From the IMG/VR virus record IMGVR_UViG_3300042522_000840: 64,000 nucleotides of DNA; one strand, given 5' to 3'. The notes beneath the pieces are model-generated. The model was given only the letters and a program-made list of their open reading frames with translations, was not told the DNA's origin and made no database searches. The position numbers and the translations under genes were made by a program. Source of the stretch: an uncultured virus (IMG/VR IMGVR_UViG_3300042522_000840). Taxonomy: Duplodnaviria > Heunggongvirae > Uroviricota > Caudoviricetes. This document shows, one piece after another, positions 30,279 through 39,595 of the stretch (position 1 is its first letter; each line of letters begins with the position of its first letter).

Positions 30279-32131
30279 AAGTTATAGATGGATTTTCATT
30301 CTTTAATGAATTTGATATTCTTAAATTAAGATTAGAATACTTACGAGATACTGTAGATTATTTTATCATTAGTGAATGTAATTACACACACTCTGGTAAA
30401 GAAAAACCATATTATCTTAATCAAATCATTAATGAGTTTGATGAAGAACTTCGTTCTAAAATCATTTCAGTTCATTACGAACCAGATATTAGTGATTATG
30501 ATTTCTCAAATAAAAAAGAATGTAATTTTGAATCTGGGTTCTGGAAACTAGAGAGAGGTCAAAGAAATCACATACTAGAGGGTCTTAAGAACTTCTCTCC
30601 TGATGATTTGTTTATGTTGAGTGATGCTGATGAGATTCCCCGCAAGGAATTGATTCAACATCTCAAACAAAATGGACTTCCCGAGAACAAACTTGCTCTT
30701 GCGAGATGTGATAACTTCTATTATAATTTCTTCACTTACGAGAACAGCACTTGGGGTGGAACTGTATTCACGAATGTTGAGACCGCATCTAAAACTGATG
30801 CAGACTTTTTGAGAGGTCGTTCTTATGAGTTTCCTTTCTTTGAGAATGCTGGATGGCACTTCACATTCTTTGGTGGCATCAAACAAATTCAAGATAAGTT
30901 GAACTCTTATGCACACCAAGAATTTAATAATGGTGAAGTAAATAATCAGCAAAGTATTCAAGATGCTATTCAAAACAAAACTGATATTTTAAATAGAAAG
31001 CACGAAAACAAAAAATTTCACAACTATAACTTTTTAAATTTTCCAGAAGATTTAAGAAGAGTTATAACGAAAACATTTTCACAGGAGTTTTATGAAATGA
31101 CGGAAACAGTAGTTACAAAACCAGAATATTTACATAATAATATGCCTCCTCTTCTGGAAGCAACTTTAAATCCTGATGGAGTTGGTGGTACGGAACTTAT
31201 GGGTCGTGCTTGGCAGGACTTGGTTTTGCCTGCTGCACCAGATCTTGCCGATTGGCATTGGTGTGTTCTTCCAGGTGATAATACTTTGTCCCCAGACAGT
31301 TCAAATCTAGTTTGGGTGCATATGCATCATATGGAAGATGGTCTTGAGACACTACTGGACAAGCAGTTCTTAAAACATTTTAAGGCATATGTATTCGTGT
31401 CTGATTGGCAGTATGAAAGGTTTATGGAAAGGTTCCAACTGCCCGCAGAGAAGTGTTATGTACTTAAGAATGCAACACAACCATTTGAACCTCACAAGAA
31501 ACCAGAAGGAAACAAACTTAACTTGATGTTTCATTCAAATCCCATTCGTGGTCTTGATATTCTTTTGGAATCACTTAGACTTATTCCAGAAGAAGATATT
31601 GAACTTCACGTTTTCCACGAGATTGATCCTGACGAAAGAATCAAACAGTATCATCAAGGTCTACAAACTTATGAATACTCACACGTTAATGAGCAAGAAC
31701 AACAATTCCTTCGTTATTGCTTGAAACTTGCAAATGAGGATAAGAGAGTTGTTCGTCATACTCGCACGAATAATTCTAAAGTGAGAGAGCAACTGATGAA
31801 TACTCACATCTTTGCCTATCCAACATACTTTATGGAAACCTCCTGTATTTCTATGATTGAAGCATTGTGTGCTGGATGTTCTGTTCTTTCTAGTAATCTT
31901 GCTGCACTTCCCGAAACTGGTCTAGGTTTTGCACGACAGTATGGTTTTATTCCTGATCGTCAAAAACATATTGAACGATTTGCAAGAGAACTCAAGAGAA
32001 CGATTACCGAGTATCGTGAAGGTAAGTTTGATAATACTCTTCAGGTAAAAGTATGCAATCAGTATTACAGTTGGGACACCAGAGTTCAAGATTGGGTTCA
32101 ATTCTCAAAACAACTTTGGAGGAAAGGTTGA
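30275..32131 (+). CDS. Fusion of GT17-like (N-terminal) and GT4-like (C-terminal) glycosyltransferases
   Basis: DGFSFFNEFDIL..RL...SDADEIP...GWHFTFFGG; then GGTEL...RGLDIL...YPTYFMETSCISMIEA. Confidence 0.8.
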   Translation: MKVIDGFSFFNEFDILKLRLEYLRDTVDYFIISECNYTHSGKEKPYYLNQIINEFDEELRSKIISVHYEPDISDYDFSNKKECNFESGFWKLERGQRNHILEGLKNFSPDDLFMLSDADEIPRKELIQHLKQNGLPENKLALARCDNFYYNFFTYENSTWGGTVFTNVETASKTDADFLRGRSYEFPFFENAGWHFTFFGGIKQIQDKLNSYAHQEFNNGEVNNQQSIQDAIQNKTDILNRKHENKKFHNYNFLNFPEDLRRVITKTFSQEFYEMTETVVTKPEYLHNNMPPLLEATLNPDGVGGTELMGRAWQDLVLPAAPDLADWHWCVLPGDNTLSPDSSNLVWVHMHHMEDGLETLLDKQFLKHFKAYVFVSDWQYERFMERFQLPAEKCYVLKNATQPFEPHKKPEGNKLNLMFHSNPIRGLDILLESLRLIPEEDIELHVFHEIDPDERIKQYHQGLQTYEYSHVNEQEQQFLRYCLKLANEDKRVVRHTRTNNSKVREQLMNTHIFAYPTYFMETSCISMIEALCAGCSVLSSNLAALPETGLGFARQYGFIPDRQKHIERFARELKRTITEYREGKFDNTLQVKVCNQYYSWDTRVQDWVQFSKQLWRKG

Positions 32132-33217
32132 TTGTATGATTATCTAATTGTTGGTGCTGGATTATTTGGTGTCACATTTGCAAGACTTGCCACTGATTCT
32201 GGCAGGTCTTGTTTAGTGATTGATAAGAGACCTCATATTGGTGGTAATTGCTATACTGAAAATGTAGAAGGAATAAACATTCACAAATATGGTGCTCATA
32301 TTTTTCACACAAACAACAAAGTAGTCTGGAACTTTATCAATCGTTTTACTGAATTCAACAACTATATCAATTCACCTAAAGCATATTCAAAAGGAAAATT
32401 ATATTCACTTCCTTTTAATATGAATACCTTCTATGAGTTGTGGGGTGTTACAACCCCATCCCAGGCAAAAGAAATTATAGAACAACAAAAGTTTCAAGGA
32501 ACTCCAACAAATCTTGAAGAGCAAGCATTATCCCTTGTAGGACAGGACATTTATCAAACTCTTATTAAAGGTTATACCGAAAAGCAGTGGGGTAAATCTG
32601 CAACAGAATTACCATCTTTTATTATCAAAAGACTTCCATTAAGATTTACTTTTAACAATAATTATTTTAACGATACTTATCAGGGAATACCCATCGGTGG
32701 TTACACTTCAATGATACAAAAGATGCTTGATGGTATTGAAGTTCAGTTGAATATCGATTATCTTTCGAATAGAAATCACTTCAATTCACTAGCAAACCAA
32801 GTTGTTTATACTGGTTGTATTGATGAGTTCTTTGATTACGAGTTTGGGAAACTTGAGTATCGTTCATTGAGATTTGAGCATCAAATTAAAGATACTGACA
32901 ATTTTCAAGGCAATGCTGTGATTAATTATTGCGACAGTGAAGTTGCTCACACAAGAATCCTAGAGCACAAGCATTTTGAAAAGACCCAATCATCAAAAAC
33001 TGTGATTACTTATGAGTATCCACAAGAATATCAAGAAGGAATGATTCCTTATTATCCAATTAACGATAAAAGAAATCAAATGATTTATGAAAACTATAAA
33101 AATAAATCATCTTCTTTGACAAACTTTATATTTGGTGGTAGACTTGCTGAGTATAAGTATATGGATATGGACACTGTGATTAAGTCCGCAATGAATAAGT
33201 TTGGAGATTGTAAATGA
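32132..33217 (+). CDS. glf: UDP-galactopyranose mutase
   Basis: YDYLIVGAGLFG, HIGGNCY, HKYGAHIFHT, YTEKQWG, GRLAEYKYMDM. Confidence 0.96.
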   Translation: MYDYLIVGAGLFGVTFARLATDSGRSCLVIDKRPHIGGNCYTENVEGINIHKYGAHIFHTNNKVVWNFINRFTEFNNYINSPKAYSKGKLYSLPFNMNTFYELWGVTTPSQAKEIIEQQKFQGTPTNLEEQALSLVGQDIYQTLIKGYTEKQWGKSATELPSFIIKRLPLRFTFNNNYFNDTYQGIPIGGYTSMIQKMLDGIEVQLNIDYLSNRNHFNSLANQVVYTGCIDEFFDYEFGKLEYRSLRFEHQIKDTDNFQGNAVINYCDSEVAHTRILEHKHFEKTQSSKTVITYEYPQEYQEGMIPYYPINDKRNQMIYENYKNKSSSLTNFIFGGRLAEYKYMDMDTVIKSAMNKFGDCK

Positions 33218-33966
33218 AAAAAAAGTGTGCTGTTTTCACCACAGTTAAAAATGAAAGTATTTTTCTACCAATTTGGTTGAGACACTATCAACAATACTTT
33301 GCGAATGAAGACATTTATGTCCTAGACCATTCTTCTACGGATGGTTCTACATCAAATCTTCCAGTGAATGTTCGTCTGGTTTCAAACGAATATGTCAATG
33401 ACCACGAATGGTTAGTTAAAACCGCACAAGATTTTCAAAGAGAACTTCTTCGAGAATATGAATGTGTAATTTTTGCTGAAAGTGATGAGATTTTATATTC
33501 TCTTGAGAAACCTTTGAATGAAACTCTAAATGATTTTGTTCAAGGTGATGATTTGTATGCGACTTGTAGTGGTTATAGTGTGATTCAAGATACTCAAAAT
33601 GAGTTAGCACTTTCTCCTGGTGATTGTATTTTTGAGAAAAGAAATTTTTGGTACAAGGATGCTGCAGAAGATAAAACCTTAATCAGTAAGGTTCCTCTTG
33701 AATGGAATTGGGGATTTCATAGTCTCAAAGGTAGAAACAATAATTATCATCGGGACTTATACATTGCTCATTTACATCGTTTCGATTTTGAAACAATGGT
33801 GACAAGGCATCAAGAAAGGACGAGTTTCCAACAAAGAAATGATGGTGGTGGGCATCACTGGAAAACAAATCGTAATGATATTTTTGAAGTCTTTCAAAAA
33901 GTTTCTTCACAACCTTTCTTAATTACCGAACAACATAAAGTAGCACTTCAACATCTAACCTATTGA
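33214..33966 (+). CDS. GT2-like glycosyltransferase
   Basis: TTVKNE..FLPIWLRHY...LDHSSTDGS...ESDE...WGFH. Confidence 0.75.
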   Translation: MKKKCAVFTTVKNESIFLPIWLRHYQQYFANEDIYVLDHSSTDGSTSNLPVNVRLVSNEYVNDHEWLVKTAQDFQRELLREYECVIFAESDEILYSLEKPLNETLNDFVQGDDLYATCSGYSVIQDTQNELALSPGDCIFEKRNFWYKDAAEDKTLISKVPLEWNWGFHSLKGRNNNYHRDLYIAHLHRFDFETMVTRHQERTSFQQRNDGGGHHWKTNRNDIFEVFQKVSSQPFLITEQHKVALQHLTY

Positions 33967-33994
33967 TAAATAAATAGAAAAAACATTACGAATT

Positions 33995-34363
33995 ATGGCA
34001 ACTGAAACGACAACACTCACATTACCTTTGGCACATCTTTACTATTTGACTACAGATAGTAATAATCAAACTGGGTATACTCTTGAGGAAGTTGATGCTC
34101 TCATTGCAGAGCACGGAAATGATTATGAGATTGAAGCAACAATTACTCATCCTGTTCCAGATCCTTATACTGTAGAGGGTGACATTGCTGCTCACGAGGC
34201 AAGAATTGCTAATAATAATGAGTATCTTTCACAACTTCAAGAAAACCTTGCAACTCTTGAAGAAGAGACTGAACAGTACACTCAAATTCAAGAGCAAATT
34301 GAAGCATTGGAGGCAGACATTGTTGCTTGTCAAGAGTACATTGCCAGTCTTCAACCTGCTTGA
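33995..34363 (+). CDS. Acidic hypothetical protein with C-terminal coiled coil
   Basis: 122-aa ORF after ATAAATA late promoter-like site. Confidence 0.6.
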   Translation: MATETTTLTLPLAHLYYLTTDSNNQTGYTLEEVDALIAEHGNDYEIEATITHPVPDPYTVEGDIAAHEARIANNNEYLSQLQENLATLEEETEQYTQIQEQIEALEADIVACQEYIASLQPA

Positions 34364-34388
34364 CACCTGACTCAAAATACCTTATAAT
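34360..34388 (+). promoter_or_regulatory. Consensus sigma70 promoter
   Basis: TTGACA-17 nt-TATAAT. Confidence 0.85.
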
Positions 34389-34393
34389 ATTCA

Positions 34394-34493
34394 AGTCTTT
34401 CAAATCTTTGTATCTTTGAGAATGAAAGATCCTCTCTGTGGTGGGAGAGGTAAGTTGGTGGTTAATGGGGAGGGTTTAAACCCTCCTTTTTTT
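34394..34493 (+). ncRNA. Candidate ~100-nt structured small RNA
   Basis: Between consensus promoter and terminator; stems gtctttca/tgaaagat and cctctct/ggagagg; no credible ORF. Confidence 0.55.
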
Positions 34494-34526
34494 CTATTAT
34501 AAATTATTATAAAATTATAACAAACT

Positions 34527-34769
34527 ATGAATTTCACAGTATATTCCAAAGAAAATTGCCCCTATTGCTATAAGGTTAAACAAGTGTTAGAGTTGACAGG
34601 AAGTAACTTTGTGGTTTATAATTTGAATGAGCATTTTACCAAAGATGAGTTTTATGCTGAGTTTGGTAATGACTCTACATTTCCACAAGTTGTCTGTGAT
34701 GATAAAAAATTAGGAGGATCCGTTGACACAATCAAATTCCTCAAGGAACAACAAATCATCAAATCTTGA
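34527..34769 (+). CDS. grx: Glutaredoxin
   Basis: CPYC active site, TFPQV, LGG. Confidence 0.92.
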   Translation: MNFTVYSKENCPYCYKVKQVLELTGSNFVVYNLNEHFTKDEFYAEFGNDSTFPQVVCDDKKLGGSVDTIKFLKEQQIIKS

Positions 34770-34974
34770 CATAAATAAAAAGGAAGACCACAGAAATCGT
34801 GGTATTGAACTTATTCTTCATGGAGGTAAAAGAAAGCAAACTCAGCCCTTCCATATCATCTTTGAAAAGATGGTTTGCTTTCTGAATCGGGAAGTAACCA
34901 TCTATTTTGAATTTTCCTTTATGTCAAGGAAAAGAAAAGTAGTTTCCCGGAGAAAAAGAAATGTTAGCAACTAG
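34723..34974 (+). CDS. Hypothetical protein
   Basis: ORF bridging grx and next gene; start uncertain. Confidence 0.45.
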   Translation: MTQSNSSRNNKSSNLDINKKEDHRNRGIELILHGGKRKQTQPFHIIFEKMVCFLNREVTIYFEFSFMSRKRKVVSRRKRNVSN

Positions 34975-35191
34975 TCTAGTTTTCGGTTGTTTTTTAACCA
35001 TATTGTTTCTTGTAGTGGGGATTGTAACTGGTTGGGTTGCCAGAGAATACATGATGAATTATCAGGATCGTCCAAAACTTCATCCAGAATTCTTTGACAG
35101 CAAAGGTAATGTAATCCCTGATGAAGTTTTAGCAATCAGTTTTAATCCTGATTACTTTGAAGACTATGAAGATGAAGATGAGGAAGAATAA
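34961..35191 (+). CDS. Small membrane protein
   Basis: N-terminal TM helix, HPEFFD.KGN motif, acidic tail. Confidence 0.7.
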   Translation: MLATSLVFGCFLTILFLVVGIVTGWVAREYMMNYQDRPKLHPEFFDSKGNVIPDEVLAISFNPDYFEDYEDEDEEE

Positions 35192-35228
35192 CTAAATACT
35201 GTATAATCATTTTAGATTTTGAATTCAT

Positions 35229-35843
35229 ATGACAACGACAACAACAAAAAAGGCAGCAACAAAAGCAAAAGTAGTTCAGGCAAAGAAAACTACTCCAGCT
35301 ACGGCGGTTGACAATTTACCAAAAAATCCTTTTATTTTTGAAGTATTAGACCTGATTTCGCGCCAAAGGTCTAACGCTAAAAAGGTAGAACTCTTCAAAA
35401 AATATGAGGATCTTTCAATCAAATCGATTATGATTTGGAACTTTGATGAGAGTATAATTTCAATGCTACCTGAAGGACCAGTACCATATTCTGCATTTGA
35501 AGACCAAACTGTCCATTCTGGCAATCTCTCTACAAAGATTACAGAAGAAGTTCGCAGAATGCATGAAACTGGATCCTTCTCTCTAGGGTCTACTGATAAA
35601 CAAGGACACACTACAATTCGTAAAGAATATAAGAACTTCTATCACTTTATCAAAGGTGGTAATGATGGTCTTAACAACATTCGTAGAGAATCAATGTTCA
35701 TCAATCTTCTTCAAGGACTTCATCCACTTGAAGCAGAAATTATTTGTCTTGTAAAAGATAAAAAGCTTGGTGAAAAGTATAAGATTACAAAAGAAGTTGT
35801 TGTAGAAGCATATCCAGATATTTCATGGGGAGGACGTTCGTGA
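35229..35843 (+). CDS. Conserved T4-like hypothetical protein
   Basis: LPEGPVPY...RRESMFINLLQGLHPLEAE. Confidence 0.75.
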   Translation: MTTTTTKKAATKAKVVQAKKTTPATAVDNLPKNPFIFEVLDLISRQRSNAKKVELFKKYEDLSIKSIMIWNFDESIISMLPEGPVPYSAFEDQTVHSGNLSTKITEEVRRMHETGSFSLGSTDKQGHTTIRKEYKNFYHFIKGGNDGLNNIRRESMFINLLQGLHPLEAEIICLVKDKKLGEKYKITKEVVVEAYPDISWGGRS

Positions 35844-36178
35844 GTCAAGTTATTGATAAAACACGGGAAAAGCATATGGACCATTGGACATCAGCAGAGA
35901 GAGAAACCTGTAAGTCACGCTACGGTTGTGAAATTATGATTGAAAATGGTTCGTATGATGATGTTTGTACTAAAGAAGCACCGAACGATGCATATATTAT
36001 TGAATATGTTGTAGATAATAAAATTTGTTTTGACCTTACTAGGGGAACAAAAATTCGTTTGTTTGATATGTACTGGGATAAATTTCGTGAGAACCTGCAG
36101 AGCATGAGTTTTGGGTATGGTAGAATCAACCCAAAACTCTGGGGATATAAATCACCTGAAAAGAAAAAGCGAAAGTGA
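35825..36178 (+). CDS. Cyanophage hypothetical protein
   Basis: GYGRINPKLWG motif; start uncertain. Confidence 0.65.
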   Translation: MGRTFVSQVIDKTREKHMDHWTSAERETCKSRYGCEIMIENGSYDDVCTKEAPNDAYIIEYVVDNKICFDLTRGTKIRLFDMYWDKFRENLQSMSFGYGRINPKLWGYKSPEKKKRK

Positions 36179-36309
36179 TTTCCCAGATCGGGGGAAATTT
36201 TTCCGGCAAAATTTTTGAGGCATTAAGTTTTCTAAAATTATATTGTATTATATAAGTAAAGTTTACTAAATACCCGCGAAAGGGAGTATGATACTCTCAT
36301 CATTCATCT

Positions 36310-36462
36310 ATGGAAGTACTTATTTTAACTTGTCTGCAAGCACAATTGATTTCCAAACGAGTTTTTACAGCAGAGATGCCAAAACAAACTCGTAATGATC
36401 TCATTTGGGAGATTAAACAAATCTCACCAAAAGAGTGTAGAATAGACCCAAAATTCGACTGA
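36310..36462 (+). CDS. Small hypothetical protein (50 aa)
   Basis: Manually translated MEVLILTCLQAQLI...NDLIWEIKQISPKECRIDPKFD. Confidence 0.5.
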   Translation: MEVLILTCLQAQLISKRVFTAEMPKQTRNDLIWEIKQISPKECRIDPKFD

Positions 36463-36548
36463 AGAACTGAATATGGTAAAGATTGATATGAGGAAGGGTT
36501 GATCCCCTCCTTTTTTTATGTTAAAATATCTCAAGAGAATGGTATTTT

Positions 36549-36716
36549 ATGGACAGAGACAAACTAAAACTCATTGTTCGTAATCTAGAACTTTTGCTAG
36601 ACTCTTTGAAGGCAGAGATTTATTCTGATGTTTCTGCATACCCCCACACAGAACCAAATGGAAAAAATAGACAGATTTTAGACTACGACGAAATTTTTGA
36701 GGATGATGATGACTAG
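36549..36716 (+). CDS. Small hypothetical protein (55 aa)
   Basis: MDRDKLKLIVRNLELLLDSLKAEIYSD...DYDEIFEDDDD. Confidence 0.65.
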   Translation: MDRDKLKLIVRNLELLLDSLKAEIYSDVSAYPHTEPNGKNRQILDYDEIFEDDDD

Positions 36717-36876
36717 TAGAGCAAGAGAACTTGTAAAGTTGCTTGAAAGAATGACTAAACAAGACCACTTATATTCAGCAGAGCAACTTATAGAAATGAA
36801 AAAACAACTGCGACTTGTAAAAGAAGAACTCGCAGAACTAGAAGCAAAAACAACAAAAGGATTTGGAAAGAAATGA
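36709..36876 (+). CDS. Small coiled-coil hypothetical protein (55 aa)
   Basis: MTSRARELVKLLERM...KGFGKK; ATGA overlap with thyX. Confidence 0.65.
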   Translation: MTSRARELVKLLERMTKQDHLYSAEQLIEMKKQLRLVKEELAELEAKTTKGFGKK

Positions 36877-37532
36877 CAGTAAAACTCATTAGCGTAACAC
36901 CAGATGCAGAAAAGACAATGGCATTTATTGCACGAGTCTCTAATCCTGCTAATCAGGACAACGAGAACTATGCCAAGTTGCTTGCTTATTGTATTAAGCA
37001 TAATCATTGGTCTGTGTTTGAGCAGTCTACTATGACTTTGGAGATTGAAACTACCCGTGGTATTGCTGCTCAAATTTTGCGTCATCGTTCATTCACATTC
37101 CAGGAATTTTCGCAGCGTTATGCCGATAGTTCTCTGATTTCTGAATATATTCCTATTCCAGAGTTGCGTCGTCAAGACACTAAGAATCGTCAGAACTCGA
37201 TTGATGATGTTCCTGAGTATGAGAAACTGACATTGCAGAGCAAGATCCAAGACCATTTTGCACACTCTATGCGCCTCTACAAAGAACTTCTGGATCACGG
37301 CATTGCCAAAGAGTGTGCTCGCTTTGTACTGCCTCTGGCGACCCCTACGCGCATTTATATGACGGGTTCTTGTCGTAGCTGGATAACATACATTGCTCTC
37401 CGCGAAAAATCGGGAACACAGAAAGAGCATATGGACATTGCTAAGGCGTGTAAAGCAGTTTTTGCCGAACAGTTTCCCACTTGCTATGAAGCATTAGGTG
37501 GTGAAGCAGAATGGTCATTATACGGAAGATAA
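36873..37532 (+). CDS. thyX: Flavin-dependent thymidylate synthase
   Basis: HWSVFEQ, QILRHRSFTFQEFSQRY, KECARFVLP, TQKEH. Confidence 0.96.
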   Translation: MTVKLISVTPDAEKTMAFIARVSNPANQDNENYAKLLAYCIKHNHWSVFEQSTMTLEIETTRGIAAQILRHRSFTFQEFSQRYADSSLISEYIPIPELRRQDTKNRQNSIDDVPEYEKLTLQSKIQDHFAHSMRLYKELLDHGIAKECARFVLPLATPTRIYMTGSCRSWITYIALREKSGTQKEHMDIAKACKAVFAEQFPTCYEALGGEAEWSLYGR

Positions 37533-37638
37533 TTGTGTTCCTTGTTGCAAAATTTGCAACATAATGAAGTGGGATTTAACTATTGAAGAATTTACAAATC
37601 ATATCAATAAAGTATCATTAAACTTAAACAATAAATAA
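37513..37638 (+). pseudogene. C-terminal remnant of an HNH endonuclease
   Basis: Frame reads GHYTEDNCVPCCKICNIMKWDLTIEEF..; in-frame stop at 37495-37497, N-terminal part absent. Confidence 0.65.
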
Positions 37639-37659
37639 ATTATCTTGAAATTATAACTT

Positions 37660-37902
37660 ATGGCAATTTATCCTCTTATTAACAAAGAAACAGGTGAAAC
37701 GAAAGTCATTGAAATGAGTGTCAATGATATTATGCAATGGTATAAGGACAATCCTGACTGGACCAGAGATTGGAGTCAAGGATGTGCTACACCAGGGGAA
37801 GTTGGTGAGTGGAGGAATAAATTAACCTCAAAACACCCTTCGTGGAATACTGTCCTAGAGAAAGCATCAAAAGCACCTGGTTCAACCGTAAAGAAACTCT
37901 AA
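37660..37902 (+). CDS. Conserved cyanophage hypothetical protein
   Basis: MAIYP..NKETGE...WN.VL.KA.KAPGS. Confidence 0.7.
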   Translation: MAIYPLINKETGETKVIEMSVNDIMQWYKDNPDWTRDWSQGCATPGEVGEWRNKLTSKHPSWNTVLEKASKAPGSTVKKL

Positions 37903-37903
37903 T

Positions 37904-38659
37904 ATGGCAAGAAGAAAAAGGACGAATGACCAACCAATCGGTGTTGGTCTTACAACCCGTCAAATGAAAAGAAAGAAGGCACTCGGAAGTGAATATCTGT
38001 TAGATATTGACCCACTCACAGACAATCAAAGAAAACTTTTTGAATCTTATTCAAAACAAAAGCATTTAGTTGCTTATGGATGTGCAGGAACAGGTAAGAC
38101 TTTCATCACTCTTTATAATGCTCTTCGTGAAGTTCTTGATGAAAGAACTCCTTATGAGAAAATCTATCTCGTTCGTTCTTTAGTTGCCACCAGAGAAATT
38201 GGTTTTCTTCCTGGTTCCTATGAGGACAAATCAGATATCTACCAGATTCCTTATAAGAATATGGTGAAGTATATGTTCCAAATGCCTTCTGATGCTGAGT
38301 TCGAGATGCTTTACGGCAACTTAAAGTCTCAAGAAACAATTAAGTTCTGGAGTACTTCATTCTTAAGAGGAACCACGCTTGATAATTCTATCATTATTGT
38401 AGATGAGTTCCAAAACATGTCATATCATGAGCTTGATTCCATTATCACTCGTGTTGGCGAAAACTCAAAAATTATGTTCTGTGGTGACGCTACCCAATCA
38501 GATTTACAAAAGACCAATGAGCGAAATGGTATTGTAGATTTTATGACAGTCTTGCGTAAAATGCCATCTTTTGATATAATTGAGTTTGGTGTTGATGATA
38601 TTGTTCGTTCTGGACTTGTCAAGGAATATATTATTGCAAAACTAGAAGCAGGTTTTTAA
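37904..38659 (+). CDS. phoH: PhoH-family ATPase
   Basis: GCAGTGKT Walker A, REIGFLPG, FLRGTT, VDEFQN, GDATQSD. Confidence 0.95.
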   Translation: MARRKRTNDQPIGVGLTTRQMKRKKALGSEYLLDIDPLTDNQRKLFESYSKQKHLVAYGCAGTGKTFITLYNALREVLDERTPYEKIYLVRSLVATREIGFLPGSYEDKSDIYQIPYKNMVKYMFQMPSDAEFEMLYGNLKSQETIKFWSTSFLRGTTLDNSIIIVDEFQNMSYHELDSIITRVGENSKIMFCGDATQSDLQKTNERNGIVDFMTVLRKMPSFDIIEFGVDDIVRSGLVKEYIIAKLEAGF

Positions 38660-39342
38660 TGTTCAATCACGTTGATTTGATTCTTCCGAAACTTGAACGG
38701 GAGACTATAGATGGTGTTCGATATTATTCAATTCCAGAGGAAGAAGAACTACTCAAACTTGTTTCAATTACTTCTGTTACAAGTCATTTTAACAAAGAAA
38801 TCTTTGTGAAGTGGCGTAAGAAAGTTGGAGATAAGGAAGCAGACCGTATCACAAAACTTGCAACAAGTCGTGGTACGGATATGCATACTCTTACAGAGTA
38901 TTTTCTGAAAAATCAAGATCTTCCTACGGATATTCTTCCAATCTCAGAGTTTCTGTTCAATATTTCTAAGTCAACTCTCAAGAATATAAATAATATTCAC
39001 GCTCTTGAAGGTTCCCTATATAGTAAGCAATTAGGTATTGCGGGAACCGTCGATTGTATTGCAGAATACAATGGCGAATTGGCAATCATAGACTTCAAGA
39101 CTTCTAAAAAACCAAAACCACGCGAGTGGATCGAACATTATTTTGTTCAATGTATGGCATATGGGTGTATGCTTTACGAACTGACTGGTATTTCAGTTAA
39201 AAAACTTGTAATCATTATGGCTTGCGAAAATGGAGAATGCGTCGTCTATGAAGAAAGAGACAAATCAAAGTACATCAAACTACTCACCGAATACATTAGA
39301 GAGTTTGTTAGAGATAAACTGGAATCATATGGAACCAAATAA
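38659..39342 (+). CDS. PD-(D/E)xK exonuclease
   Basis: SITSV...RGTDMH...AGTVDCIAEY...IIDFKTS...QC.AY. Confidence 0.85.
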   Translation: MFNHVDLILPKLERETIDGVRYYSIPEEEELLKLVSITSVTSHFNKEIFVKWRKKVGDKEADRITKLATSRGTDMHTLTEYFLKNQDLPTDILPISEFLFNISKSTLKNINNIHALEGSLYSKQLGIAGTVDCIAEYNGELAIIDFKTSKKPKPREWIEHYFVQCMAYGCMLYELTGISVKKLVIIMACENGECVVYEERDKSKYIKLLTEYIREFVRDKLESYGTK

Positions 39343-39589
39343 AGAATTAGAACAAGTTATAGAAAATAAGTTTCTTACACCTTCCAAGTTTTCTCTTGAA
39401 ATAGAGCACATTGTGTCAAGTGAAAATATGAATTACATTGATGCTATTTGTCATTATTGTGAAATCAATAATCTTGAGGTAGATTCAGTAACAAAACTTA
39501 TTTCAAAACCTCTGAAAGAAAGATTGAAATATGATGCTATCAATCTTAATTTTATGAAAAAAACATCGAGAGCAAAATTGCCTTTGTGA
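39329..39589 (+). CDS. gp33: Late transcription coactivator gp33
   Basis: FSLEIE...YIDAICHYCE...KLISKPLKERLKYDA..LNFMKKTSRAKLPL; synteny with gp59. Confidence 0.85.
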   Translation: MEPNKELEQVIENKFLTPSKFSLEIEHIVSSENMNYIDAICHYCEINNLEVDSVTKLISKPLKERLKYDAINLNFMKKTSRAKLPL

Positions 39590-39595
39590 TTATAA

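Noticed and set aside
36181..36235. ggggaaatttttccggcaaaattttt tract as an origin or protein-binding site
   Set aside because: Single occurrence noticed in the window; no supporting evidence
38659..39342. Cas4-like nuclease as a sign of CRISPR
   Set aside because: Ordinary T4-like exonuclease in its usual phoH-gp33 context
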